From positions 544,045-608,044 of the forward strand of contig NW_005434667.1 of NCBI RefSeq assembly GCF_000315625.1: a stretch of DNA of 64,000 bases, written 5' to 3'. Of the stretch, positions 40,501-53,459 are shown one piece after another. The position numbers and the translations under genes were made by a program. Every line of letters begins with the position of its first letter. Position 1 is the first letter of the stretch. The notes beneath the pieces are model-generated. The model did no database searches. It had not been told where the DNA came from and was given only the letters and a program-made list of their open reading frames with translations. Origin of the DNA: Guillardia theta CCMP2712 (taxonomy: Eukaryota; Protista; Cryptophyta).

Positions 40501-41099
40501 TCTTCACTGTCTACATATCTCTAGAGGATCGTTCAATCATTATATGCAGGGAACATCTGTCCTTGAACTCTCTGCTTTCACGTTCACTCTGAACCTTCTT
40601 CTCTGCCTTATTGCTGGTTCTCCATCGAATTTTGGTACCCCTTCGGAGGTCCTGAATTTTGTCCCTCCCCCCCGCCCTCGTCTGTGTTCACTTCCATGCT
40701 TCTTTGATACTTTCTTCCTCCTGCTGCTGCACCTCCTAGACTTTCATTGTTTTTTCATATTTATCGTCTGATCTCTGCTCCTTGCATTCTCGAACCTTGC
40801 CAACCAAAATGAGACACAAGTTCTCTGTGAATTCCACCTTTGGCTAATGGTTTGAATTTTGCATTACTGTTTCTGTCAGTATCCCCTCCCCTCCCCTCTG
40901 CATTTGCCCTATCTTGATCTTCATGCTCTCTTCTGATCATGGATGACAAAGTCAGCACTCAGTTTTGAAAGATGAAAAAGACCTCACGCAATGCCGTATG
41001 CAAAGGAAGATAGGCGATAGTGTCGAGAGTTGTTTGGTCACAAATTCAAGGAAGGAATCCTTTTTGATTCAAAGAAGTAAGCAGTTAATCTTAGCACGC

Positions 41100-42844
41100 A
41101 TGACAGTTCTTTCGTTGTCTGTTTTGTTCCTTTATCTCCTCGTCCAAGGCCTAATTCAGATTTCAGATGTCAAAATCCAAAATCATCCACGTGCCGACTA
41201 TCCTGTGACACTGAATACAAGATGGAGTGATCAAGGAGAGACTTTTTCCTCATCAGATGAACAACCACTCACTTCCTTGGAGAGACAACATGGCTGGGAT
41301 TGCGTGGAGAATGGCTCGAGATCAGGTGATTGAGAGTACGCAGGACGACAGGGTATGATGATGGTGTGATTTATCAGTATGACAACAACCGTGATGACAC
41401 ACAAATGCGACCAGCCGGGCGAGCTCAAAGGGTGGAGTGAGTTTGCATCAACTTTGGTGATCGCATCTCCTCCAACTCATTGTCGTTGGTTCCAGTTGGA
41501 ATACAAGGCAAAGGTCGGACCTGATGTTTCAGAACATGTCTGCGCGGGAGGCCTTGAGGTCCTGCCAGAGGTCCGATAGCTTCTTCGTTTTTCTCACGTG
41601 AATGTTCAGGTTGCAAAGGCAAGCGGCAAATGTTCGGGGGGTCTGGAGCGTGATGGTGACTTGCATTTCCATTCCTTTTCGTCCTTCGCAACCACCCACC
41701 CCCTCAACCCTTCCATCGCATCCTTGCCAAACCCCCACCCTTTTATCTTCCTGCCTCTTGCTGTCTTTCTCTCCAATCCTCCCTGTGATTTCCCTGTTAG
41801 ATTGTCGTCATGGTCTGGATGGCGCTACTGCATCACACGTTTCGCTTCGCGACGGTCTCACTTCTTCGCTGCTTTGGCGAACTTGTAATCGATTTCAATC
41901 AGATCACCTTGCTGCACTCATACGCCACCATCCTTCCCATGGAGCTTCGATATCTTGACTGGGCTGCAAGGGGATACATGTGATTGACCTCTCTCTCTGC
42001 CGTTTCCCACTCGCTGCGGCTGTGACGTGGCCATACCAGGAGCCGCATCTTCATGATGAGGGATCTTGTTAACTTTCCTGACAACGAGCTGGGAAACGAA
42101 ATTCAGTTTAGACACCAACATGACCCTGAGTGAGAACCCTTTGCGTTGGAGCTTCGGCCGGGTGGCCTGCTTGCCTAACGGGTGCTCCAGGTTCAGGAGC
42201 GGAAAGAAGACGCGATCTTTGCGGGTCTTCGATGTGCCTCTCTCGCGGTATGAGTGTCCTTCCCCTCCACCTTCACACCTGCTCCTGCAGTCCCACCTGT
42301 TTTAATCCTTTCCCTCTCGCCCTCCCTCATGCTGCCACTTGTTACTCATCTCCTCGCCCACCTCCTTTCCTGCCTCTTACCTCTGCCTCGTGGTTTCTCA
42401 CTTGCTTCTGCAGCGGGATGAATGCTACCAGAGTCTTCGTCCCGTCCGGACACGCTGAGCCTGCGCACAAGCATCTTCCCTCCCTCCTCCTTCCAGTGCA
42501 GCTGCAGCACCTGAAGGCAGCTGCTCGCTCCTACCCAAAAACATCGCAGGCCACTGAAAAACCGAAGGAAATGAAGGATCAGGATCACTTGAAGAGGCAA
42601 GACGAAGGAGAGAGGAAGGAGCCGCCGCAGGAGGATGATCCCTCCGTTTGGCAAGAAGCTAGGGGCAGGTCATGGCAACACATCGCCAAGCATCAGGTAC
42701 GTTCCATAGCGGGAGGAGCAGTACTCGTGCAGTCGATGATCCCTGATCATCCGTTGTCAGGCTGCGTTGAAGGAGCACATGAGGGACAACGCTCACGAGT
42801 ACTCCCACCTCGTCCGTTCGCATGCTGCAGAGGGGCGAGGTTGA
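41100..42844 (+). CDS. Hypothetical multi-exon protein
   Basis: Chain of short open segments bounded by GT...AG, ending AALKEHMRDNAHEYSHLVRSHAAEGRG* (42844). No family recognised; the 5' part is uncertain. Confidence 0.4.
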
Positions 42845-45610
42845 AGGACAAGGCAAACGGGCGAGGCTCCCCTTCTTATTCTTTCAGGTTTGAGCTTTTT
42901 AATCGAGCATTGCGGCTCACCCGGCGTGGCCCGTGGCGCGGCACTGCCGTTGGCACGCTTGCCACGGGTGACCGTCCCAAGCTGACGCTGCCGAAACTGC
43001 CACCGTGGCGGCCTGCCGGTGCTGGCCGGGCGGCCCGGCGTCCGTGACATTGGCCGGGCCGCCGGCCGCGCCGGGCCGGGGCGGCTTCCGGGCGTCCGAC
43101 GGAGGGCCGGTCACCGGGTCGACCTGACGGATCGCATGCCAGCCGTGCCGCTGAGTCAGATCTGAGCGCCGAGTTAACAAAACTCTGCAATGTAGCCTAC
43201 CGTGGTCAGTGTGACGAAGTGCAGGCCTTCCTAGCCGTCTTGCTAAGGTCCTCTCGTGTCTGGATGCTTGGCCAGTGGGTTTCACATCCTAGCATACAGT
43301 CTATCCCTCATGCAGTGCTCCTCATTGAATTCTGGTTTCCTGCATGGCCGCACTGAAGTAACTCGGGAGCAAACTTGAAACTGACGGTACCATCGGTCTT
43401 GTTGCAGCTAAGGTCGATATGATGTATGCATTACTTTGGCATAGTACTACAAACTGATTATGCTCCGTCACGACCCTTACTCAGCCTGGCAGGCTCCCGG
43501 AGTCCGATTCCCCGGGGCCCGGCGTAGCCTGACTGGCAGGCCGGGCCGTTGCGCCGGGCAGGCGGCCCCGATCTACTGAGGGCCCTACCCCGATCTCTAC
43601 TGGTACCTACCCCTGTATTCCCTAGCTTCCAGTAAACTATTCGAACTCACACCTACCCACCCAAAGGAGGTCGTAAGGTCCTCATTTGATAGCCTAGGGT
43701 TACCACCCCACCCCAGAAACATGTATTCACACCCATTTCATGACCCACCCCTTTTTACTACCTACCTTTCAATTACCACCCACCCACCCCTAAACCACCT
43801 CCATGCCCTCTATCGACTTTTTTGTTCTCCTGACCACTCGTGTCGCTCCAAATCGAACAGGTAGGGGTCCATCCACCCCCTGCTTGAAGGGACTTCGTAC
43901 CCCTGAGGGCCCATAAACTTTTTCAAAAAGTTTTGACAGATGAGGTACCGAGTACCCCACCCTATCATATCCCTCCCCACGTTCCTGGTACCCCACCTTA
44001 GCTTGTAGGGAACCATGGCCTCTGTTTCACCAATTTTCCCACCCCCACCCTCGTTCCAACCGACCAGCTCCTAATCTTGACCCCACCCTTGCTAAAGAAT
44101 TCTTGAGTACCCTCCCCGTCCCAAGACATCACCCACCCACCCCATCAACAAATATGTACCCCACAGACCCAATTTCAGCCATGGAAGGCACTATCTCAGG
44201 ACCCCTACTTATTTTCACTACCCCTTCTTTTGTGGGAGCCTTGAAGTAACACCCCTCCAAGCCCCTCATCCGATAACCCCTGTCGCCTAGTCATATCCAC
44301 CATACCCTGTTTCTCACCCCCCCTTTTCCCAACCACCCCCCTGTGGGCACCTTAAGTACCCAGTGCCCTCTGTTCCTAGACCCTTTTCCTACTGTGCTAA
44401 CCCCCTTCCTTACTACCAACTGCCTTACCACCTACCCCCTTTTACTAACTTTCACCACCCATAACGCACTGAATTGTTATCATACCCCTATTTTTGAAGC
44501 AAACGATATGGAAAAGTACCTGGTTCTGAATGACCCTACCCACTTCCACAATGACCCTACCCAGTCAGACACCACCCCACCCCGTAGCATGAGCGATTTG
44601 AGGAGCGCTAGTCGTCATGGCGCGCCCTTGCTCTGACTATAAGCATTACCCTCCCACTCATCCGTCTCATCCTCCTATCATGCGTCTACTTTTTGTCTTT
44701 GCGATCCTATATCTCACCAATACTTCAACATCTTTTATCCCTGCCATGCTTCTTCCACATCCTGGTAGCTTCGTCTTGGAAAACAGTTATACTTTGCAAC
44801 CCGTAGCTGGTCCACATCTTTCACATCATTACTTCCTGTTATGTTTTACCGTCGTATGTCAACTCATTCATGTAAAGAAGTTGTGTCAAAGTTCCTCACT
44901 TCATTTTTCTTCTTCGAAATTCCACGGTTCACCCCAACCTCTCCAAATTCCTCAAACTATTCTTCGAATTTTCCTCTTTGTCGACAAAGTTTTGAGGGTA
45001 ACGCTGATGTTGATCTCACTTGGTCCTTGACTTGCATCAATCATACGTGTACAATTTGAGGTTATCAGTACTCTCTGCTCCTCCTTTTGCCTCTCATGTG
45101 ATGATTGGTCGTGATGCGTTCCCTGGCACGGTCATTATACTAAGATACGAGTCGGGCACGTTTGAAATCCAGTCTTGTGTACTCCTCGTAAATCTAAATC
45201 ATGTCAAATGCGATTTCTGGTAATGCTGTGTGTTGCCCATGTGTGTCTATTCTAGAAACATGTACATGTGGACTTGGTACTTTATCCTTGTCTTGGCCGT
45301 TGAGTTTTTATCAGCATTTATACAAAGTCTATGATTCGGAAGATTTCTCTTTTTAAATCACTTCTTTTTGCCAGGCGGATTTTCCCGTTTGAATGATTGC
45401 CACTGGATTGGTTTTCATTCTGGTCTTCATACGGGACAATTGATTCAGCTCTGTAGGTGGAACGATGGAATGTGAGTGGTGATATTCGTGTGGGTGCAGA
45501 TTTGAGGGCGGTGAGCATCCAAGGCTCATCAGATACCATCTGCTGAATTCTGTCTCAAAATCTGAGTTCGCATCATCTTCATTGTGTGATTGCAGAAATA
45601 CCATATCGAG

Positions 45611-48290
45611 ATGTCTGGAGGTGTGAATGGTTGGCTCAACGGGAGCATTGCAAGTCCAAGTGATTCCGAGGATGAGCAAGAACCAGCTGTACGCGGCAGC
45701 AAAGCAAAGTGGACAGCAGAAGAAGACAGCAGGCTTGCAGCACTCGTTGATCAATTTCACGCGAAGAATTGGAAAAAGATCGCTGAGAGAATGGAAGGAA
45801 GGACAGATGTTCAATGTCTGCATCGGTGGCAAAAAGTTCTGAACCCAGATTTAGTGAAAGGTCCATGGACGAAAGAAGAAGATAGGACAGTGATTGAATT
45901 GGTTAGTCAGCATGGCCCAAAGAAATGGTCTTTAATTGCCTCGCATCTACCTGGCAGAATTGGAAAGCAGTGCCGGGAAAGGTGGCATAATCATCTCAAC
46001 CCAGATATCAAAAAGGAAGAGTGGACTCCTTTGGAGGATAGTATAATCATTCACGCTCACAGAGTATATGGAACAAAATGGGCAAAGATTGCAGCTTTGC
46101 TGCCGGGGCGTACAGACAACGCAATCAAGAATCACTGGAACTCCACGATGAAAAGAAGGTGAAATATGTCCTTCACTCGATATGCTTCCATGACTTTTTC
46201 CATTTCATAGATACTTCATGAAGACAACGGATACAGAAGGAGAGATTCCTGCTTTGGTAGCTGCAGCGATGTCAGGAAGCCATGAATACAGTGTTCAGCA
46301 GCTGAAACTCTTCACGGGAGTCGAGGGAAATGATCATCTAACGGAAACTCAGTCGAAAAATGGCAAAGTTACCAAAGATTCACAAATCGTTCCAGCAGCT
46401 GCGAATTCTTCTCAAAAATCTCTTATGGTTGAAGACAAGAGCCTTCTGCACTCGTCTGTGACGATGCGCAACGGTCTCCCACAGCAAGCGGCCATTGTCC
46501 CAAGAATTTCAAACCCCAAAACCCTACTGTACAGAGAAACGGCCACTTCACCCTTTCTAAAAGCCCAAGCAGCATATCAAGCGAAGGCACAATTGTTGCA
46601 TGAAACTTCAGCAGACGGGCTAAAATCGCAAATCAAGAAGCAGCACCATCCGTCACAACAAATCAAGAACTTGCAACCAAGTTCACAAAGCCTGCTTTTG
46701 TCGTCAACTTTGCCTCAAGGCCAAGAGTCCAATCTGTACTCCAATTCTCCACTGCGGCTGAAACAACCGACAAAGAAGAGGCAAAAGCAGAAGGACACAA
46801 AGAGCACAATGCTCATGGGTGCAACTTTCAATTCGTTTGCTCACTCTAGTGGAGGAATGGTAAATATCAATTCGGTATCTGTTCACGGACATTATGCCTC
46901 TCCTTTGGATGCCACAAAGCGAACGGTGAGTTTTCCCCTTATGAGCTCAATTTGATCTTTCTGTGCCTCTTGGCTGTGTGATTTGGTCTCGCTGGTACTT
47001 ACTAACTCTATTGCAGCAGGACCAGCTGGAAAGCTTGAAGATTCATCAGCCGCAGAAGAACAAGGGCGGAAGCCGCGGAAAAGATGCTAGTCCGCTTACA
47101 ATGGACATCTATGCTGATGCCTTCAGAAAAGTAGGAAACGCTATGATACAGAGTCAGAGACTTCAGTCTTCAAGTCAAGGCAGCCAGGTTCAGGTGCAGG
47201 CCCCGAGGAAAAACTTGGGAGTAAGGCCTGATGTGAAGCCGTCAACGAGCAAGAGGGGGAGCAATCGAACGCCCAAGAAGCCTTCCTACTCAAGTGCTTA
47301 TGAAGGGTCAAGGCAGAATGAGATTCCCCCTGTTACTTACCAGAACAATGGCCAGTTCAACCTGATTCAAGAGCTCGATGCTGGGAACTCAAGGGACATC
47401 TTCGAGTGCTTGCAAGGAAAGAGTCCTGATTTGCATCCTTCCACCTTGCTGGACTCTCCTCTTCTTTCCAGTGAATTGGCTCCCAACACTCCGCATGTCC
47501 TGGCTCCGCTCAGCGATAATCAGAAGTCTTCTCGGACCCCCGCCAGCACTTCAGTACAGCCTCTTGCGGGCGCGCAATGGTTCCTCTCTCCCCTCCTGGC
47601 TAGCAAGGATTCACCGGGCACGGGTTGGAACGGGACGCCCTTGCTGAACTCGAACAACTCGCCCACGGTCAGCCCCATGTTGAGCTCGTGCGATACAGTC
47701 GCTGGAGCTCAGAAGAGAAAGATATCGAGCCCCTTCCTCTCCTTCTCTCCCTCCTCTCAGCCGATGACGTCTCTCCCTGTAAATAATAAGCGGTTCGCTT
47801 CCTCCAAGAGCTCGGCGCCCTGCACGTCTTCGCTATGGCAGCCAACTGGAAGGCTGTCGGTGTTGAGCTCGGGCAATGAGAATATGGCAAAGAGCGGGGA
47901 TAGGCAGCCCTCTTCGTTCAGCTTCCAAGACGGCATCAACTTCGGGCACAGCCATGACGGACACGATGGAGTGAACCCGGCCAGCCCTGCACTGTCAGCG
48001 CAGTCGTGCGGGAGCATGTCTTCCTACTCTCTGGGGCTGCAGTCTACCAGCCATGGGGCTAGAGAAGAGGCGCCGACTAGTGGACTGATCGACCAGACGG
48101 TGGCGGTGCTGAAAGAGTACCAGAACAGCCCTGAGATGCGAATGGCGGGGTCGAGTCAGATCCTTCCGCTGCCCAGCCCCCTCATCAGCCCGCTGATCGG
48201 GTGAGTTGCACTTGTCATGGCTGACGATGACCTGACGCACTCGTGGTGTTGTACAGGCCGATGATGGCGCCGAAGATGACAGAGGCATGA
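45611..48290 (+). CDS. MYB3R: Three-repeat MYB (R1R2R3) transcription factor
   Basis: R1 [10 protein letters not shown]...[16 protein letters not shown]; R2 KGPWTKEED...[17 protein letters not shown]; R3 [10 protein letters not shown]...[17 protein letters not shown]. Long S/P-rich tail with many SP/TP sites. Last exon ends at 48290. Confidence 0.93.
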
Positions 48291-48415
48291 GAGGGAAGGA
48301 GCGTACCTCCTCTCCTCGATGCCCCCTTCCTACTTGTCAAACTATCTCCCTTTGTACAGAAACTCTTGCGACAGTAATGTTTTTCTCTTGCTACTTTTTT
48401 GAAGAATGCTTGTAA

Positions 48416-50616
48416 TCAATGATGAAATTCAGTCTGAGTCTTCCTGGGTCTCCTGGCCCCACTCTGGACGATACTCCTCCTCGCCAGAGTACAGCTCTTC
48501 CTCCCTCACCTTCCTTCCCATCATGCGCTCCACCATCTCCTGCTCAGGTGTCATTTCAAGGGACGGGGAGGGAGGGGGAGGGGCACCCGGAACTCAGGAT
48601 TCTGATCGAAACGATAGCCGAGCTTTGGCCATTGAGGATCTGCGAGGAGAGTGAGGAGGCCGTGATGGAGGGAAGCGAGGGTGTAGGAGGCGGGGAGAGG
48701 GGGACCGGGGAAGAGGAGGGGAGGAGAGAAGCAGGGGGAGAGAAGGCAGAGGAGGAACAAGGCGGCAGGTTGGGCAGGGAAGGGGACAAGGCATGTCAGC
48801 ACCCAGCATGATGTCGTGGAATTCCTCGTAAACCTCAGGAGTGAGGAGGTACTCGGCAGCGTGAAACATCTATAGAGGAGCATCAGCCGCGGAGGTACAG
48901 GAAGGCGAGCAAGAGAAGGGGACCTTGGAGACAGTGTAAGGGTCGTTTGGATGAAGATCTGCCACCCTGCCGTACATGCCGTCAGGCTCGTCAGCATCCT
49001 ATGGCCGGGGCAATCAGGGCACCAATCCTTCCAATCGATCGCCTTCAGGGTCTTTATCGCTGTCTCGTCGGGGACCACCTGCAGTGGCAGAGTGAGGAGC
49101 CGGAGCCGAAGAAATCGAGGGGGGAGGCGGGGTGGGGAGGGAGGGAGGGCAGGGCAGGGCAGGGGAGGAGGGAAGGCCTCACCTTCCAAGAAACCTGCGA
49201 GTCATGGCAGCCCACAAACATGCGCAAGTCGTGCTTCGGGAGGACTAGCAGACGGTCAGCTGGGGGGAATGCAGAGGAGGGAAGGGAGGGGCTTGTCATC
49301 ACCATCTCTAAGGGACCGGGTGAGGTTCTGTACGAGCCGCCCGTTCCTTGTGAATCCGATCTGCTCCAAGGATACCTGCGTCACTCCGAGGAAGGGTAGG
49401 ACGGTGAGAAGGGAGACGGAGGGGGCGGCTGGGGAGGAGGAGGAAGCGAGAATGAGTCCACCCCCTTACCTTCATCCTGTGCGTGTCGACCAAGAGCCCT
49501 ACCCGATCACTGCAACCATGAAATATGCTCTATCAGAGGTGCGCAAACAGATGGCACGCTTGTCTCTTCTCCCCTCTTCCGTCCCTCCGATCTCTCCCAT
49601 GGTTCTCTTCCCTTCCCTCCCCTCCTGCATCCTGCTACACATCCCTTGACCCCTGAGGCCTATTCCCTTTTCTCTCTGTTACCCGGAGTGAAACATGTAT
49701 CCGTCTCTCCGCAGCGACCCGAACATCCCCTCGCACTTCTTCAGCTCCGTCTTGTGGGACAGCGGATTCATGGACAAGTAGCCGAACTGATGCCACGTGA
49801 TGCTGGCAAAGCAAAGTTAGCATGACGTTGGGAGCAGGTCCACCAAGAGCGATAGCACGAGGAGGAGGAGAAAGATCTGGCACAAGCAGCAGACCTGTTG
49901 TTGGGGGACAAGCTGTGGCTCAAGAGATCGGAACTCTCCTCCAGAATCACTCCCAGCACACTGCCAGCATGGTCGTGGTCGTCCATCCTCTCCATGTTCA
50001 TTCCGAACTTGTAAATGTCCTCCGACATGTTGGAGCTCAAAACTGCCAGCGGCTGCTCTGACTTGAACTCAGCCTCCAGGTAGTACAGGCTCTCATTCTT
50101 GACGGAGATCAGATGCGAGAGAGCGCAGCAGGATGGCCTGCCCTCACTACTTGTCAGCATCGTCCCCCCCTCCTCCAGCGTGACCCCCTCGTCGCAATGA
50201 GCTGCGTCGAAGAGCTTGCAGAGCATCACTCTGTCCTTCTTGTTGTAGTCCTGCTGCCAGATCTTCGAGGACTCCCTCCTCTCCTTCGCCCTCGACGGCC
50301 CTGAGTAGATCCTAAGCTTGGACGGGTTGTCCCGCTTCAGGAGGCCTCGAACGTTGGCCTCCTCGCTCACGGACTTGGAGCGTTCTTCAGGCTCTGTTGT
50401 GGCAAACATGCCCTCCTCAAACGATCCTGACAGCGACCCGCCGCGAAGCGCTCGGATGCATGGACCACGAGCCCCACAGCTCCGAAGCATCTCGTGCTGG
50501 ACCAGGTCTTGGGCCGATGGGTGAACAACGCTCGAGGCTATGCGCCCCCCCTTGGGGAAGAAGGAGAGCAAGAAAGCTGTCTTGACCATCATCTCCAGCT
50601 GTACACGTGGGGACAT
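48416..50616 (-). CDS. Hypothetical multi-exon protein with an N-terminal LRGG leader motif
   Basis: Long first open segment (49768-50664 frame) plus exons such as ITWHQFGYLSMNPLSHK, HDLRMFVGCHDSQVSWK|VVPDETAIKTLKAIDWKDWCPDCPGH and MFHAAEYLLTPEVYEEFHDIMLG. Ends ...TEFHH* at 48416. Confidence 0.6.
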
Positions 50617-51244
50617 GCCGGCGATGAACCTGCTGTGGGTGAGAGAATGAGGGTTATACGACAAACTTAAAGCACCACCAGGTCTGCTTCATGATTCGTT
50701 TCACAGTGAGTTTCCCGTTGAGAACCACAGCATCACAGCTGCCATCTCAGCTATCTCCCAGATGTATCTCTTCACTCTCTCCAGGACATCTCACAGCACT
50801 CAATTGTTAACACCTCCTTCAACATCCCTCGTCTATACCAGCAAGTCGCCTTTTCCTCTGATACACATGATGACAACTTTACCCTTCCTCTTCCCACCAT
50901 CCTCTACTTTGCATCCCCTTTCTCTCTGCATTCTGCCCCCCCCCATGAGCCCTTCCCACATTCTCCCGTTACCCACCCCCACCGCCATCCCATCCTGATC
51001 CCTCCGGCCTTCCATGGCGATCCGCCCGATCAACTTTAACACGTTTTCGCTAAATTCACACACAATTTCCCTAAAAATAACTGAATTATACCAAATCTAA
51101 ATAAAAAGTATCTAATTTAAAACAATATTACCTAAATTAACCAAATTTTCACTATATTACACACTCTCTACTTAATTCTGCAGAACTCTGTGCCTGTCAA
51201 CAAACCACGTCCGCCTCAGCGTCTATTTCGGGTGCCTGCGGACG

Positions 51245-53175
51245 ATGGCTCGGATGATGTATGTAGGAGGGAGCGAGCTGGGGCTGAGCGCGGAGAGCTT
51301 CCGTCAGGTGAGGACAGAAGACAGGAGGAGGGTTTCTGATTGAGCTTCCTCGATGGCTCCTCCTCCTCGTCTCTCCTTCTCTTCCCTCCTTCCTCCGCAA
51401 GTTTGTTCATTGTGAAACGGGTGACCCTTGCGACATGTTGGCTATCTTCTCTCGAGAAATCTGCTTGTTGGGTTGGATGGTTGTGTTTTGAACTTTTTGG
51501 GCTTCCATACACCCTTGTGTCATCCTGTCTCCTATATATGTTTGGATTGATTTCAGAGCACTGTACTGATCCTCTTCTGTCAGGCTTCGTCCTGCTCAAA
51601 ACGCCGTCGAGTCCTGGCAGTAGCGGCAGTTTCTTTCTGCCTTGCCGTGATAGCAGCTGTAGCTCTTTCTGGAAGATTCCCATCGTCCACGGGGAGAACG
51701 GGAAGGATCACGATTGAGCTCACGGATAGAAATGAATTTGAGTCTGAGCCCGCATGGTGAGCCCTTGCTTTTGTTGCGGTATGGGGGTTTCGTTGATCGC
51801 GTGCGCACAGGGATGCAAATTGGAATTTGAAGGATATTCAGCACCATCTTGTCTTGACACAAAGGCAGCAGACGACTAGGAACAAGAACTTTGATGAACA
51901 TGTAAAGCGCCTCGACCAGGACATCGAGGATTTGATGAGAATGGTGATGGCGGTCGTCGAAGGCGTGCATGACATTGACGTGCTTGCAGGCCAAGCAACC
52001 AGGTCCAGCAGGACCTCAGGGTCCAACTGGTCCAGATGGTCCCCCAGGTCCTCCAGGGAAGGACGGTCCTCAGGGTCCTCAGGGACCTCCGGGCAAGGAC
52101 GGCCCCCCAGGCAAGGATGGACCTCCAGGAAAAGATGGCCAACCTGGGAAGCAGGTGATGGAGAGAGGAGAGGATCTCGAGGTAGCTCATGGGTGTACAT
52201 GGCAGGGTGAACGAGGGCCTCCCGGCGAGAATGGAACTCCGGGCCCCAAGGGAGACCAGGGCCCTCCGGGAGCCCCCGGTCCAGCTGGACGCCAGGGCCC
52301 ACCTGGTGCCACGGGCCCACCTGGAGAGATGGGACTTCCAGGCCCACCGGGTATGATGGGAGAGCCCGGACCTGTTGCTCACGTACATGTCATTCACCAT
52401 AGGTAGGAGCAAGTGAGAGGTTTCTTGTTCCCCTGTGATTGTTGCCTTCAGATACATGAGCGGCGGAAACTCTGGGGAGGATTATTCTTATCAATCTAGC
52501 GGAGGGTATTACAATACCAGGGCACCTGAAGCCGATCCGAGGGCAGAGAAGTGGCAAGGCTGGGATCGCTCACCTCAGGTAGCCGAGATTGCCAGCCGGC
52601 CACTCGTCCCTCTAAGACTTTCGCTAGGCCCCTCAGGGTGGCAGCGACGACTATGTGAACTTCGGCAGGAACGTCGAGAACAACTATGAAACTGCTCCGA
52701 CACATGCCGATGCGATCGTGGGTCCTGCGCCGAGTGGAGTAAGTCCCGACTGCTGCTGCAGATTTGCCTCAGTTGTAACACGGCATTCCCAACACAGAAG
52801 GCAGAAGACGGGTACAAGAAACGAGGCTCCATCGCTGTCTCGAAGGTGGCCAGACATGAATTCTCGTTAGATTGCCGCGTGACTGATAAGTGATGTAACC
52901 CAGGTGGACGCTAACGGATATTACTACCTCAACGTTGCCGGAGAGGTCGGGCATGAGATCCGCGCGGTGCTTCAAGGCGCCGACGGTTATCACCGACGAT
53001 GGCAAGGATTCGGTCAAGTCTACACTGGCCCCATCAAGGCTGGGGGGTATGGCTCCAAGGATTATCTTCAGGTTAGTCGACTCGATCGCACCCGCTATCA
53101 TGTTGCTGAGAACTCGGTCAGGTTCAGGATCTGACGACCGGAGAAACCGAATACTTTAGATTTCAATTTTTGTGA
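51245..53175 (+). CDS. Type II transmembrane collagen-like protein (signal anchor, coiled-coil neck, 36 Gly-X-Y triplets, C-terminal globular region)
   Basis: Spliced product MARMM...FRQ|[30 protein letters not shown]...[18 protein letters not shown]|AKQP-(GXY)17|(GXY)19-AHVH...[25 protein letters not shown]...[17 protein letters not shown]. All junctions through the collagen region are in frame. Confidence 0.8.
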
Positions 53176-53459
53176 AGAGCTGACCTTGCTCTCGAGGTTC
53201 TGCCTTAGCAACAGATGGCAGCATGTGCAACTTTCCGTCTATATTAACTTATCATGAAACAGAGCAAAACCAAGACTGTATTCAACTCCCCTCTCGCGTT
53301 GGACCGTTCTCGAAAATGTATACCCAAGGTTGGAACGCCTGAAACAAAAACGGCCTGAAAGCGCAGTATATGTACATTCTGTGACCCAGCCTACTGTGAA
53401 CACAGCAGCATGGAGCTCAAACAAAGCCTGGTGACTGGATCCCGTTGTCCATGCTGCTC

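Noticed and set aside
39665-43575. GC islands as terminal inverted repeats of a transposon
   Set aside because: I could not align them as inverted copies, and saw no target-site duplication or transposase/RT motifs between them.
51216-51683. 155-aa minus-strand ORF
   Set aside because: It is antisense to exons 1-2 and intron 1 of the collagen-like gene, which have clean splice sites and a sensible TM.
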